A stretch of DNA of 64,000 bases from Octopus vulgaris (taxonomy: Eukaryota), in NCBI GenBank assembly GCA_951406725.2, contig OX597828.1, positions 3,410,001 through 3,474,000 of the forward strand, given 5' to 3'. Position 1 is the first letter of the stretch. Each line of letters starts with the position of its first letter. This document shows, one piece after another, positions 12,755-26,402 of this stretch. The translations under genes were made by a program, and so were the position numbers. The notes under the pieces are model-generated. The model was given only the letters and a program-made list of their open reading frames with translations. It ran no database searches and was not told the origin of the DNA.

Positions 12755-13095
12755 CAATTGCAGCGTGGAAGGTGTTTGTAAGCCATTTAAGAAACACACA
12801 AAAGCCGTTCGATTCACTTCAACATTTAAATTTAATTTGTCAAAATATTTTCGTCGCTAAAATCCGCGACCTGTTCACTGACAAAAATCCGATGCAGCAC
12901 GGATTTTTGTCAGTGAACAGGTCGCGGAGTTTAGCGACGAAGATATTTTGACAAATTAAACTTAAATGTTGAAGTGAATCGAACGACTTTAGTGTGTTTC
13001 TTAAATGGCTTACAAACACCTTCCACGCTGCAATTGTTTTCGTTTCAGCACACGATCTCAGATCAAATCACTTGCCATGCAAGTACATCTCCGTA
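12753..13095. mobile_element. Palindromic non-autonomous element with G3:C8 variant HHR in each arm
   Basis: Arms 12753-12891 and 12900-13038 are near-identical inverted copies. A second family member lies at 34574-34753. Flanked by (TA)n. Confidence 0.8.
12836..12885 (-). ncRNA. Hammerhead variant with core GUGAACA (G3/C8)
   Basis: Minus strand: uuuguca-GUGAACA-g-gucgc..gcgac-GAAA-AUAU-UU-ugacaaa, giving a 7-bp stem I, 5-bp stem II and palindromic AAUAUU stem III. Confidence 0.7.
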
Positions 13096-13111
13096 ATATA
13101 TATATATATAC

Positions 13112-13173
<62 letters not shown>

Positions 13174-13204
13174 TAAATTGATCGATAGATATATAAGTTT
13201 CAAA

Positions 13205-13365
13205 TGTATAGAAAACGAAAGACAAAGAGCAGGTGAGGGAAAAAGTAACAGGTGTATTAGCTTGACGCTCGGGAAAATTCAGAAGGTCTTTGACGTTTCG
13301 AGCGTACGCTCTTCAACGGAAAGGGATAAGAAGAAAAAAAGTGAAGAGAGAAAAATGTGGCAGGG
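13205..13365 (-). mobile_element. 3' terminal fragment of a Neptune-like PLE with HHR-like motif (U6 variant)
   Basis: Homologous to 42415-42560 and 51905-52082. Motif cttt-CCGTTGA-a-gagc/gctc-GAAACGTC-aaag at 13288-13323. Confidence 0.7.
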
Positions 13366-13382
13366 TTCATAGTTCCACATGA

Positions 13383-13441
<59 letters not shown>

Positions 13442-15581
13442 GACATGATAGATCGTTAGCCACTACACACATTTTCTCTCTCAATTCTGCGTTCCAGTAT
13501 GTTGAAATTATGTTTTACTCTTGCAATCACTAATCGTCTAATTTTAATTTAGAAATGGTGGAAGAAAGTTTTTCTTTTTTTATCACACACAGACACTCAA
13601 GCTTGCACACACACACACATACCAACGAACAATTATACAATTACCACTATAACAGGGTCACATGACAATATATGTCACGTGCATAGATTGAGTTACGACA
13701 ACTCAGTCCCACGACGATAGTTTTTCTATACCGAAACTTGACAAGCAGTTGTTCCTTTGATAACTCTGAAAGCACTTCTCAGCAAAGGCAACTTTAGCTG
13801 TTGCTACTGCTATTAGCGATACTTTACGTCAGTTGAACAGACTGGATCAAAGTGAAGTGAAGTGTCTCGATCGTCCAGTGTGGGACGATCTTGAGGTCGA
13901 ATATATGACCTCAAGATCACAAAACCAACACCCTAACAACAAGCCTATCATCTTCTTATAATATTTCATTCAACGAGACTGCTTTATTAATTTATTTGAC
14001 AGGTTTACATAAATTGCTTCTCGTTCATATTTTGGTACAAAACAAAGTTTAGGCTTTCCATTTATAAAAGAATGAATTTATGCTGAAAAGTTAATAAATA
14101 TTCATGAGGAGTATTATTGTTCCTATAAAAGTGCTTACTTGTGTGTCTGTGTATGTGTATTTGTGGAAGCTTACTATCAGTTCCTTAGCTTTAGAAACCT
14201 ACATTTGTTTGTCCATTTACGATTTCTGTTGCATCACTGAAACCTTTGATCATTACATATACACTGAGAGTTTGAAAAATTAGTGTCTCTTCCTGACACG
14301 TCAGGTTGATCACTGTGTATACTTTGTATGATCAATAAAGCCTATGGCAAGCAATCACAACAACTACAATTCCAGTAATGTTTTTCAACATCTCGTTGTA
14401 AGTGAATATGTTGGTAAGAAAAACGTAAGCGGTGCTGGAGTCCGTATGAAACATGTTTAGATTGAATAATTGAATAATTTGGGCGGATTAATGTCTTGAA
14501 TATTTGGACTGTTCCAGTAAATGAGTTGACAGAAACTGAAGAGTGGAACTGGGAATAATTGTGGTATCATTTCTTTTGTAGATTTCAAGTTCAAATCTTG
14601 ACAGCAGCCAACAGGTAAATACATGCTGCGGCGTATTTAATTGATTATGATATTTACCATGTAATTGTTTAAAATAAAAATTAATCAATATTCAGTGATA
14701 AACTTGATGGTTCAATGTCCTGATAATTGCAGTTCTTCAAAAATATTAAAAATAAAATTTAAAATAATGTTTCGTATGACTTTCTGAGCTACAGACTGAG
14801 TAAAAGAGAAAAGAAAGAAGAGGAATGTAGTGAGTTGGTGTGGTGGGAGCTGTTTTAGATTTAGCAGAGTAGAGGCCATGGCACTTGTATTATAGGTGGT
14901 AGTGTGAAGACTAGTTCAGCTCAAACAGAAATAAATTCTAATTTAATATCTAACTTATAATCTATAATCATTTCAAGTACAAACTTCTCTTATTAACCAA
15001 TCTAAAGATCTAAATTTGTAAGTTCACTTCAAAACTTAGATAAAAACGTCGACATCAAGAGCAAAAAATCTGCGAAATCACATTTTATGGGCTAATTTTC
15101 TTACTGAGTCCAACGACGTCTTCATATACGCGTGAATATAGAAACCACACATGTAAATAATCATAGAGATAAGTCAGAGACATGTAATTGAAATAATGTG
15201 TTAGTCTCGGAAACGTATATCTGTTTATGTATAATCTTGCTCACGGTGGAACGCATTCAAAGTAAGCAAAAGCTAAAGTTGACCAAAAACTAGATTGCTA
15301 TCTAGAAACTGCTCTGGAAAATATCGAAGAATATGACAACTTTTAGCTAAGACATTCTTGGAACAATGCCATCCGGATGATAAGGTGATACTGGGGCGCT
15401 GTGGAAAAAATGTGTCTTGCATATTAGTGTATAGCTAATTGGTTATCGATCCGAGAAAGGCTTCGGCGCTCATAATTATCAGTCGGAAATAACTTTCAAC
15501 AATATATATGCTCTCAAACACATACATTCTAATATTATCGTATACACATCCAAGGACATATACTCACACACACACACACAC

Positions 15582-15640
<59 letters not shown>

Positions 15641-15665
15641 TAAGTACATATATATACATACATAC

Positions 15666-15721
<56 letters not shown>

Positions 15722-16339
15722 GGTGTATACGTACGTATGTATATGAGTGTCTGTGCGTGAGTAATGTTATGTGCGTGTGTACACTTACAGACACACACAC
15801 ACATATAAAACTATTATTACGTTGCTGACTTGATGCACGGTGTGACTCTCGATATAATCTCAATATCCGCACAAATACGGTTATACTTACACAAAGCCGT
15901 CTGACTATATGTAAAGTATGTACGTATATGGATATAAGCATAATTTGAGAAAAGCATAGAGATAAACTTTCACGTACACGCACGCACAGACAAATGCATA
16001 CATACATACGTGTATATCTACATGTATATAGGTTTTTACATATGGGTTTTTGTGCATGAGTGTGTAAGTGTGTATATGTGTGTGTGTGCGTGTGCGTGTG
16101 TGTGTGTGTGTGTAAAGTATAAATATATAAAATAATTGAAAAATACAGCATTCAAACATAACCATTACTACGCGTGTCATGTCTGACGGTGTGTTCAACA
16201 AATTTTAGCTTGGGATAATGTTTTCCCATTTTTACTAAAAGACACACGCGCATACACATTCACACATACACACACATACATACATACACACGCTCTCACA
16301 CCTATATTTATATATATATACATACACACATATATATAA

Positions 16340-16377
<38 letters not shown>

Positions 16378-16423
16378 GTATATATATATATATACGATAT
16401 ATATATATGTATATATATATACG

Positions 16424-16518
<95 letters not shown>

Positions 16519-16852
16519 GCATACATATGTAGGCTGTAAATGTATACTCACACAGAAACGTCTGTATGTGTAAGCAAATACATATGGATATTAACGATAT
16601 CAGAATACGTGGTTATACGTATGTAAATGTGTGCACACTTTCATGCAATGAATAAGTGAAGGCCTTGTGTGTAAGCAAAGCAATGTAGTACACAGTGAGC
16701 GTTGATTTAGCACCAGTGAAAGATGGCTGCGGGGTATCATATATTGACAAAAAATGATGTTTAGATATATTTAGATTACATCTACGTGGGAAAAATATCT
16801 AACAGATGCTATGAATCGATCATTGTTAAATACATTCGCTCTTCAAGTGTCT

Positions 16853-16869
16853 TACTACTGCTGCTGCTG

Positions 16870-16923
<54 letters not shown>

Positions 16924-16963
16924 TTACTGCTGCTGCTGCTGCTGCTGCTATTACTACTACTAC
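16853..16963. repeat. (CTA/CTG)n trinucleotide repeat
   Basis: Directly visible; it explains the poly-L and poly-S ORFs. Confidence 0.95.
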
Positions 16964-17519
16964 AATTAGGACAACATGTATTGGTAGGGGTAATACTATC
17001 ATTGTTATATGAAATCAAAATGTCAAATTAATTCCAGTATTCTTCTTATAACCTCAAAGCGGGTCTCATTGCCATTCACGACCTATATAATTTTGATTTA
17101 CGTTTCAGCAGATATATTGGTGTGGTGACCAGACCGATACAAAAGGAGCTCTAGGATTTTGAAGGAATTTTCTCTTGCCACTTTGATAAAGTCGACCTTT
17201 GATAAAGTGTTAACCATCATTCTAAGTGTTATTCAGTCCAGTTATGGAAAGTACATTGGTACTCTATAGGGGATAAAGGTGCAAATAAACAAATGAAACA
17301 ACTTGATATTAAATATTAGATATTAAATATTAAAAATATTAGATAATAAAAAAAATATACATGCACCTATACAAGTGAATAGAAAGAAAGCAAAGACTGA
17401 AAATTTTCAGATGCTGAATATTCAAGTATAAATATTTATATATTTATATCTATATGTTAACAGATATGTATATATTAACAGAGTAAACTTACATAGAGTA
17501 CTAGAGGTGGAAGGTACGG

Positions 17520-18990
17520 TGTTACAGGTCTGATAGCTGTTTTAGGGTGCTCGGAATTACTCCGTGATGTAGGCAGAGGTAGTTCATAAAAATATGTAAC
17601 CAGTAGTAGAAAAATATAAACACCGGGTATATCTGGCCTGCATCTTTAGGGTGGGGGGGATATATATCTAGCAAGTAGTTTATATCTACTTGAGATCTAT
17701 ACACGAATTGTGTTTATTTAATAATAATTATTGAGATAGTTACTTAATAGTTTGAAACGAAGCTTACATTTCACATGTAGCTTCAATCTAACACCACCGC
17801 TGCATGCATTTCGCCGTGAGAATAATAAACAGCCAGTTAAGAGGTAAATAGTTTATATATTTTTTATTAGTACTAGGTTATGCATGTAGCAAATTCATCA
17901 AGTGTATATAGCTATTACCAAGGAATACAACCTAGGGAATATGATCAGCCTTAAACAGTGGCAAAACTGTAAAATTGGCGAATATTTGTTAGTTGCGATG
18001 CAGATTACAACTCCTTCTGTGGGTAAATCTTGCGGAATGGTGATCTCTAACAGGGTGATTCATCCCAGGTAATTAGAGGGTATTCGTTGTTGCTCCTGAT
18101 CTTAATATTAAAAAGGTGTCCACCTTATTAACATTATTTAAAGAGGCTATTACTAAAACAACTCTGTTTAAGAGAAAAATCTGTTTGTAGTGTTTTACTC
18201 GTGTATAGTTTGATGATTTTTGCTGTTTCAAACACTCCGCTGCAACTTTACTTTGAGGTGACTGCAAGAAACAAACAATATGCGTAGAGAGAGAATTTAA
18301 AAAAGTTGTGGAAAAGAAACACTCTGAATGAGTATTGATTGTGGGATCTGTGGCAGTGAATACAATATTAGTGGCAAGAGGAGGAGAGACGAGGAATTTC
18401 CAAAATATAAGTGTCACATGATCAGCGAGCTCCGGAGCTGCTGTCCTGTTGAAGGGAAGAAATGCAGACTAAGAGGGCAGAGATGGAGTATGTTTAGGGC
18501 AAATTCCATACCTGTCAAACGAGTTGCAATTTCTTTGGATGTAATATGCCCGTGTGCATGGCTGCTGCACTACATCACGTGAGGGAGTGGCACAACATCC
18601 TGGTTAACAGGTGAGCATCGTAGAATGTTGGTATTTGTTGGGGATTGATGTATTTTCTGACTCCGAAGAAGACGACTAGTGTCTGATGCTGTATTTTTAC
18701 GCAGGGAAAATCCTCATTGATAATGAAGCCTAGCATTTGCAGGGATTATAAGGGTCTTAAATGTATAATGTCCAGCAGCGCACATTGCAAAGGTGCGATC
18801 TGACAAAAAGCAGCGATCTAAGAGACGGAAGACTAATAGAGACCGTGGAAAGATAATTTTAATTGGATATTCTCGGACCAGACTCGGTCGAAAGCTTTGT
18901 GTCTCTGAGAGCAACAACATCATTTTCATCAAATTCGATTTAGCCCTCGGGTAGCAACAGTTACTTCCTATTTGCTCACCCATAGAAAGT
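17520..18990 (-). mobile_element. Decayed CR1/L2-like LINE: APE endonuclease to pre-RT region
   Basis: Colinear minus-strand remnants KSNL..LLLSETQ (APE N-term), VSPPLA..TDPT (PPLG.SDH-like) and LCLHHGVIPSTLKQ (G..P..WK-like). Confidence 0.5.
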
Positions 18991-20158
18991 ATGAAAAATT
19001 GCTGCTATTTCCTTCAAACAAGCAAATCGGTGGTATTGAGCAGAATATTTGCTAGAGCGACATTTCTACTTCACTAACTCGGTGCTGAATTGTAATGGAA
19101 AAAGATCAGTTTCAAAACATCGATGACCAGGTTACAAAAGCAGTTTGAAGGGGATAGTAGTCATTACCTTTGGTTTCTAGATAGAAGCAAATAGGAAATA
19201 ATACCTACTAACCAAAGACAATAAAAAATTGTTACACAGTTTAATATAAAAATATGTAGAATCATATAGAAAATTCAATTTCAAATGACGAATAAATATG
19301 TTTCGTATAATTTGAATACCCTCTTACACTGTGATTTAGATGGTGTTACAATTTCTTTTTTTCATTCGAAAACTTTTGTCTCATTTACTATTGTTATAGA
19401 TGCAAATAGAACTTGTCAAGGTTAAAATATTCAATAAATTTCTTTTTTCCTGTCTTTGCATTGTTGAGTAGATTCTACTTGCTTCCTGTTTCAAGCAAAA
19501 AGAGGACTTATCGTAGCAGCTGTACTTGTGATCGTTTAACCTTATCCTCTTAACTACTGCAACTATTAATATGTCTTTTAATAATGGTTTCAAGTAGTTT
19601 TCTCAAATTTAAAGTGATATAAACAATGGAATCAACACTTATTTAATTGACCTCGAGTGTTTGAAATGAAAAATCAAATCATTTAAGTTCAACACAAAAC
19701 AAGCAAATACCACATATTAAATTATTAATGGTGTCTCACTCGATTGCACCAATTAAAACTGGCTTCTAAATCTTTAATGATGATTTATTACTCGGGCAAA
19801 AGTGTGACATTCATGTAACTTCCAAGGACGCGACTAGTATTACAAGAGAAAATAGCTTTCTATTGAGTATCGAAAGCAAAGTCCTGACCCATATTAATGG
19901 AAGCATGCATATACAATATATTTAAGATTTGCTTATGTTTTTCTGTTCGAAGCCGGACAGAATGCTTAACGTCATTAGGTCCATCTTTATGTTTTGAGTT
20001 AAAACTCGGCTGAAGTCGACCTTTCCTTTCATATGTATGTGGTTGGTGAAATAAGTACCTGTTGAGTACTGTAGTCGTCATAATCAATTAGTCTTCTCCC
20101 GCCCCTAATTTCATACCTTATGCCGATAGTAGAAAGGATTATCAAAAAAAATGATTAA

Positions 20159-20760
20159 GGCGGCGGGCTAGCAGAATCCTTAGCACACCAAAAAGAAAGT
20201 TTAGCGGCATTTCTTCTGCTTTTACGTTGAGTTCAGATACCAGCCACCGAGGTTGACTTTGGCAATCCTCATTTCGGGGTCGATAAATTAAGTACCAGTT
20301 GGGCCTTGGGGCCGTTATAATCTACTAGTGCGCTGTTTTAAATCGCCGAACTTGTACCTATAGTAGAAAAGTTTATTATTATTACGCTCTGAGTTCAAAT
20401 GCTGTTAAGGTTGACTTTGCCTTTCATCCTTTCAAAGTCAATAAATTAAGTAGAAATTGAGCACTGGGGTCGATATAATCAACTTATCCCCTCCTCCAAA
20501 TTCTAGGACTTGAGTCTATAATAGGAAGGATTTATGTTTTCCTTTTATATGATAACCCCTAATTTCTAAACTTTGTAATTAGATAGTGAACTGCCACAAA
20601 TGTTGGCGGTATTTCTTCACGCTCTTTTCGTTCTGAGTTCATGTTGACTTTGCCTTTCATCCTTTCGGGATCGATAAAATAAGTACCAGTTGAGCACTGG
20701 ATCCTATTATATCGACTTACCCTTCCACTAAAATTGCCGGCCTTGTATCAAAATTTGAAA
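20159..20760 (+). mobile_element. Cluster of three degenerate SINE family B copies/fragments
   Basis: Repeated gagttca..gttgactttgcctttcatcctttc..gataaa.taagtacc motifs at about 20230, 20390 and 20635. Confidence 0.8.
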
Positions 20761-20994
20761 CCATTATAATTATGTTATTGTCATCAGAGCGGTGAATTGA
20801 GAGAACCAGCATCACATTGAAATATTTACTTTACAATATTTATACTTTTCATTCTGCATTCTGGGCACTTATAATTGTACATAACTACCACATATATATA
20901 ACTCTCCTGTCTCTCTATATGTAACTCTTCTGTGTGTGTCTCTCTCTCTGTATACATATATAAATGTGTGTGCGTGCCTTGTGTGCGTATGAGT

Positions 20995-21044
<50 letters not shown>

Positions 21045-21202
21045 ATTCAAATGTCTTTCTGAAATATTCAGCAGAGAATGATCCCTTCAGACGTTGGGAA
21101 ATGCGATACGCATCCTACTGACTGATAAGACACATGTGGACGACTCGAGTTGTCATGTTCAAATCTCTGGGAAAAGTTCAAATTCGGGACTATTATACTA
21201 AT

Positions 21203-21414
21203 CTTTTCTACTCTAGGCACAAGGCCTGAAATTTTGGGGGAAGGGGGACAGTCGATTAGATCGATCCCAGTATGCAACTGGTACTTAATTTATCGACCCC
21301 GAAAGGATTAAAGGCAAAGTTGACCACGGCGGAATTTGAACTCAGATCGTAAAGACAGACGAACTACCGCTAAGCATTTCGCCCGGCGTGCGAACCTTTC
21401 TGCCAGCTTGCCAC
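21203..21414 (-). mobile_element. SINE family B with imperfect ~20-bp TSD
   Basis: Reverse complement of the family B consensus. Flanks are ttcgggactattatactaat and ttcagggactataatactaat. Confidence 0.85.
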
Positions 21415-21472
21415 ATTCAGGGACTATAATACTAATACTACACGGATTGCATGATATTGCTCCTTCTTTTAT

Positions 21473-21522
<50 letters not shown>

Positions 21523-22640
21523 ATGAGAGAGAGAAAGAGATATTTAAACATACGATTTTCATAGCTTGGGTGACTTGACTCTCAGTGTGAATGTCATTTG
21601 GGCAGAGATAATCGTCCAAATATTTAATACAGAAACTCCTGTGTATGCGGGGAGAATATAGTAGAAATAATCGACTGTATCATCTTAGTTTTCCAATATA
21701 TATTTCGGAAATAAGTGAAGACATTTCTTTACAATTTGAACCAAATGCAAAAAATAATTCCTTACTGATGTCTATTGCTTTGGCTATCTCTTCAACTCAT
21801 CGAATACTTTCACTATAATTTTAAAAAATCGCGAACTCTACGGAATTATAAAATCTTCTATAAAGGCCAACATCGTTGCTGGATTTCAGTTACTGGTTTA
21901 GCTATTTTATTTCACGTGTACCACTAATAAGCACGGGAAACAAATGTTACCCTTTCTTCTTTTTCTCGAACCTTTGCGTCAAGTTATGATTTATGTAGTG
22001 AGTAAGAGAAAAGAAATGTTAAATATAAGGAAAGGAACATTAAAAACGAATAATCTGTGCATCTTCATTGATCTCTGATTTAGAATTTAAATTTCTAAGC
22101 CTACCATGATTTTTTTCCCTTACAATAACTAGTTGCAGGGCATACCACGTCTTTAGAAAGACAGCAGTTATCTGGTAACTAGTGAAAGAAAATCAGTTAT
22201 GCACTCTATAACAGAAACTACTTACCACTAGCATATAATTAAAAAGTATTCCTTTGTATAAGTTATGAAGGTGTTTCCTATTCAAACAGAGGAGATGGTC
22301 TCTGATTTTTGAAACAATGCAAAATAGTCTTCAGTACAGGTCAAGATGCATTATACACCATTTAGTATCTTTAACTATTTACTTTATTGTGTTGTCCCAT
22401 TATCGATCGGTGATGTAAGTGCGAAAATAGGCAATTGTTTCATGTGAGAGTACAATTGACCGGCAAAAATATCATTTCTTCCATTTCTTTTCCACTCATT
22501 ATACACACATATGCATACATTTATACATGTGTATATATATACATACACACACACACACACACACACTCACACAAACGCACACACACACACACACACATAC
22601 ACACACACACTCACACAAACGCACACACACACAGACACAG

Positions 22641-22685
<45 letters not shown>

Positions 22686-22789
22686 CGTAGCACACGTGTA
22701 CACATACATATATCACTATAGGTATATATGTATATCGTCTGTATTGATTAAAATGAAACGTGCATGTGTGTGTGCGCAAACACATTCAG

Positions 22790-22836
<47 letters not shown>

Positions 22837-22999
22837 CGTGTGTGTGTGTGTATGTGCGTGTGAGTGCATTCCATTCGGTGTATTTTTTGACAGTTCTGTT
22901 ATCACTATTTCTGATAATCATCACGAAATCATTAATTAACTAAACGGAAACTAGATTATTAAAAGAAAAAAAAATTAAACAGAAGATACTGTGAGGTCT

Positions 23000-23750
23000 T
23001 TATCAGCAGAGAGCAGAGCAATGATGAGATCGAAGTTTCAAATGTCAAACGTTGGTAATATTGCTGTCACTGATGATCTAATCGGTCAGTTGTTCGGCGA
23101 CAAATTAGCATGCTAGGATTTTCTTTAGTTGTCCGAACTTAATCTATTGTCTTTATCGTTAAGAGATATCTGGTGAGTTAGAAATAGATGCAAGCTGGTC
23201 AATAATTCGTTTAATTCTGTTCCATCGGCTTCCTATACAGTGAATTGCTGTGCTGCTATTATTTGAGCAATCTTTGATATTAATCAAGATTTTGCGAAAT
23301 AATAAATTTTGACTCTCTATAATAATATATTTTGCCGCTCATCAATTTATCTACCAGGAATTTATCAAGGAGATTATTTAGGACAGGTAAAAGTACCTTA
23401 CCTACTGAGAATGTAATATTGATAACTCTAAAATTTAGAGTCTAAATAGTAGCTGCTGTAAGCAGTCGATTCAAGAATTAGTATACTGGATAATCTACGA
23501 TTTCAGATCGATATGTCAATAAATATTTTCCCCATGAAACATCTTTGATAGGACTAAGTGATCCCCACATCATCGGCGCAGCTGTGACAGTATTTCTATC
23601 CTGTTCATCATCTGCCTCAGATAGAATAGATCAATTTAATCTGGTGCATATAGGTTTGTTAATATAGATATTGATTTTCTAGATAGGCTCAGGGCTCAAA
23701 GATTAAACGAGACCGAGAAGTGAGTGTGATGTACATCCATCTCTCATGAC
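23000..23750 (-). mobile_element. Decayed CR1/L2-like LINE RT core and C-terminal part
   Basis: Minus-strand remnants IYINK (IYIND-like), HSCADD (YADD-like) and IISDSNITNV*HLKLR in the expected order. Confidence 0.45.
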
Positions 23751-24309
23751 ATTTTAAATATAAGTTTTTGATTTGAGTAAACTGAGAATTAAAATCTGAA
23801 TCATGGATTTACAATGTTTTCCTTAGTATAAACTTACTGAGATTTATTGTTGTCAAAGAATTATTACAATATATTTATATAAATTATTTTAGTTAACTCT
23901 AGATATTAAACAAAAATCAGTATAGTTTACAGATTATAGTTGTTTGATATCTAACTTATGTAGAAGAGCACACATTTACAGGGAGAGAAAGAAGCTGGTG
24001 AGTCGCTCAAACATTTAAGATGTGGTGTATCAGAACAAGTTCAATTAATGAAATTTAATCTAGAAACGAAGTAGTATCGTCGACTTACGAGAGATTGCTG
24101 AGCACGGATTTTGTCTCTCCGTATTCTCTTGATTTGATCGTAAATGGTTGCAAATACCCATTGCAATCAACAGTTTCGATATATTTTATATGCTAGAAAA
24201 ATATAATGATTTACAGTGCGCCATTCTCTTAGCCAATATATGAGTATTTCAGAGTTGAATGTGTAGCGATACCGACAAATATAGTAACATAGTAGGAAGT
24301 TATGTACAG

Positions 24310-24366
<57 letters not shown>

Positions 24367-24370
<4 letters not shown>

Positions 24371-25386
24371 TGAATGGAGACAAGAAGTGGAACGAACCGA
24401 CAAATCGAAACGAACCTGACGCGGGGCGCTGTCAGACAATAATGTGATAATTAAAAATATATGCATACATACAAACATATATGTACGTACCTACATCTTC
24501 ATGTATATATACATGCATATATAAATAAATATACATAAGTACAGGACGCCACAACATATATATTTTTAATTATCACATTATTGTCTGACAGCGCCCCGCG
24601 TCAGGTTCGTTTCGATTTGTCGGTTCGTTCCACTTCTTGTCTCCATTCAATTTTTATATAAATATTTAAGACGCGCAATTCTCTCCCTTTGCTTTACCCT
24701 CCCCACTCTCGCTCCCTCTCACTCTTCCCTTTTTCTCTCTCTTAGCCGCGTGTCCCCCTACTCCTTCCTTCTTTCTCACTCCCAGCTTAAAAACTTTCTC
24801 TCTTTCGCACGCTGCCTCTGCTACTGAAAAGTCTTGCTTCCCTACGCTGCCACACGACATCTTTCCTCTAGCCAAAAAAAGGCCTTTTTCGTCTGTTTGG
24901 TTTTTCTCATTTGTCCTCTTGTTTTTTCCCGTATTGTATTCCCTTTTTATTTCTCGTCTTGTATTTTTTTGTCCATGTATTTTTATCTTGTATTTTATTG
25001 TGTAGTTTTATTGTTACATCCTGTTTGTGTTCTTACCCGTTTTACCCCGCTGCTTGGAATTTTATTTTAATTCTCTCGCAGGAAGGCCTAGTTAACGAGT
25101 GTCTTGTCTTGCCTTCGAAACACGCCTGAGTTAACTAGAGACAGCTGATGACGGTGGATTTTTCCTTGTGTAGCTTGTCCTGTACTTGTTTTCTTGTAAA
25201 AAATTTTTGGATTTTTCCTTGTGTAGCCTGTCCTGTACTTGTTAATTTTTTTGTTTTTCCCGTTTCTACGTCTTGTTGTGGCGTCCTGTACTTACGTATA
25301 TTTATTTATATATGCATGTATATATACATGTAGATGTAGGTACGTACATATATGTTTGTATGTATGCATATATTTTTAATTATCAC

Positions 25387-25390
<4 letters not shown>
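24367..25390. mobile_element. Non-coding element: 810-nt unit with terminal redundancy plus junction-spanning inverted piece, in (TA)n
   Basis: Direct repeat atatatttttaattatcacatta at 24558-24580 and 25368-25390. 24367-24556 is the reverse complement of 25274-25390 joined to 24581-24653. Related copy at 48955-49400 (-). Confidence 0.8.
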
Positions 25391-25437
<47 letters not shown>

Positions 25438-25595
25438 AATATTCTATTGAATGGTAGGTCATGTTCCTCTAGCTTTCAGCTGGTATTGCCTCCATTTAAA
25501 TCATAATTTGGAACTTAGCTCAATTAGAGCTAGCCCGTTTCTGAGCATTGTTAAGTTAAAAATCTCTACTTAACATTTTATAATATACATACATA

Positions 25596-25656
<61 letters not shown>

Positions 25657-25724
25657 TATTTATATATAAATATATATATATATATGTATCATATATAATA
25701 TATATATATATATCTATCTATCTA

Positions 25725-25760
<36 letters not shown>

Positions 25761-25819
25761 ACGTATATCAATTCGTTTTGCAAGATTCGTGATATGAAAT
25801 CGTGTGTTGAAACGTATAC

Positions 25820-26271
25820 TGCTGTATTTCGGGACGGTCATTTTTTTTCCAAATAAACACATGCACTATATATTTTTTCGTCACTCCTTTATTACTGTCC
25901 TGATTTTGTTATTTCAACTTATGTCCATTGTTCGGAAATCTTTAGTCACACATCTGTGACCTCTTCAGTATCACTTTTCGTTTTCGTGTGTCTTCTTGCT
26001 CCAATTACTCCATTCTGTTCTTCTAAGATGTGTATCCTTATGCGCACATAAAGATACACATCTTAGAAGAACATAATGGAGCAAGTGAAGCAAGAAGACA
26101 CACGAAAACGGTGTCGCTGAAGAGACCACACATGTGTGACGAAAGATTTCCGGACAATGAGCATGAGTTAAAATAAGAAAATAAGAACAGTAATAAACGA
26201 GTGAAGAAAAAATATATAGTGCGTGTGTTTATTTGGCAAAAAAAAAAATATGACCAACTCGAAATACAACA
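25820..26271. mobile_element. Older diverged palindromic element containing an HHR motif
   Basis: Inverted arms around ttatg-cgca-cataa (26038-26051). The + arm 26112-26156 has tgtcg-CTGAAGA-g..cacacatgtgtgac-GAAA-gat-TTC-cggaca. Confidence 0.75.
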
Positions 26272-26402
26272 TCGAAACGTAAGTCTATCTTTCTTTCCTT
26301 CCCCGCGCGTCTGCTAATACTTTGCACGTACCACGCCGTCGCGTCGTTGTTTTTTTTTTGTTGTGCTTTTCTTCGTTTTTTTTTCTTGTAAGGGAGATTA
26401 AC
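26272..26402 (+). mobile_element. Truncated PLE-type 3' tail starting at tcgaaacgt
   Basis: Similar layout to 61828-61932 (tcgaaacgt..ttcc..gcgc.t..taatact..gttgttttttt..gattaa) followed by (TA)n. Confidence 0.45.

Noticed and set aside
22226-22277. Minus-strand 52-nt exon candidate with GTAAGT donor
   Set aside because: Peptide KHLHNLYKGILFNYMLV is not recognisable and has no partner exons; a chance match is likely.
25110-25160. GAAAC followed by CTGATGA as a possible type II hammerhead (also about 49210-49255)
   Set aside because: Stems I and II cannot be formed convincingly in either copy.
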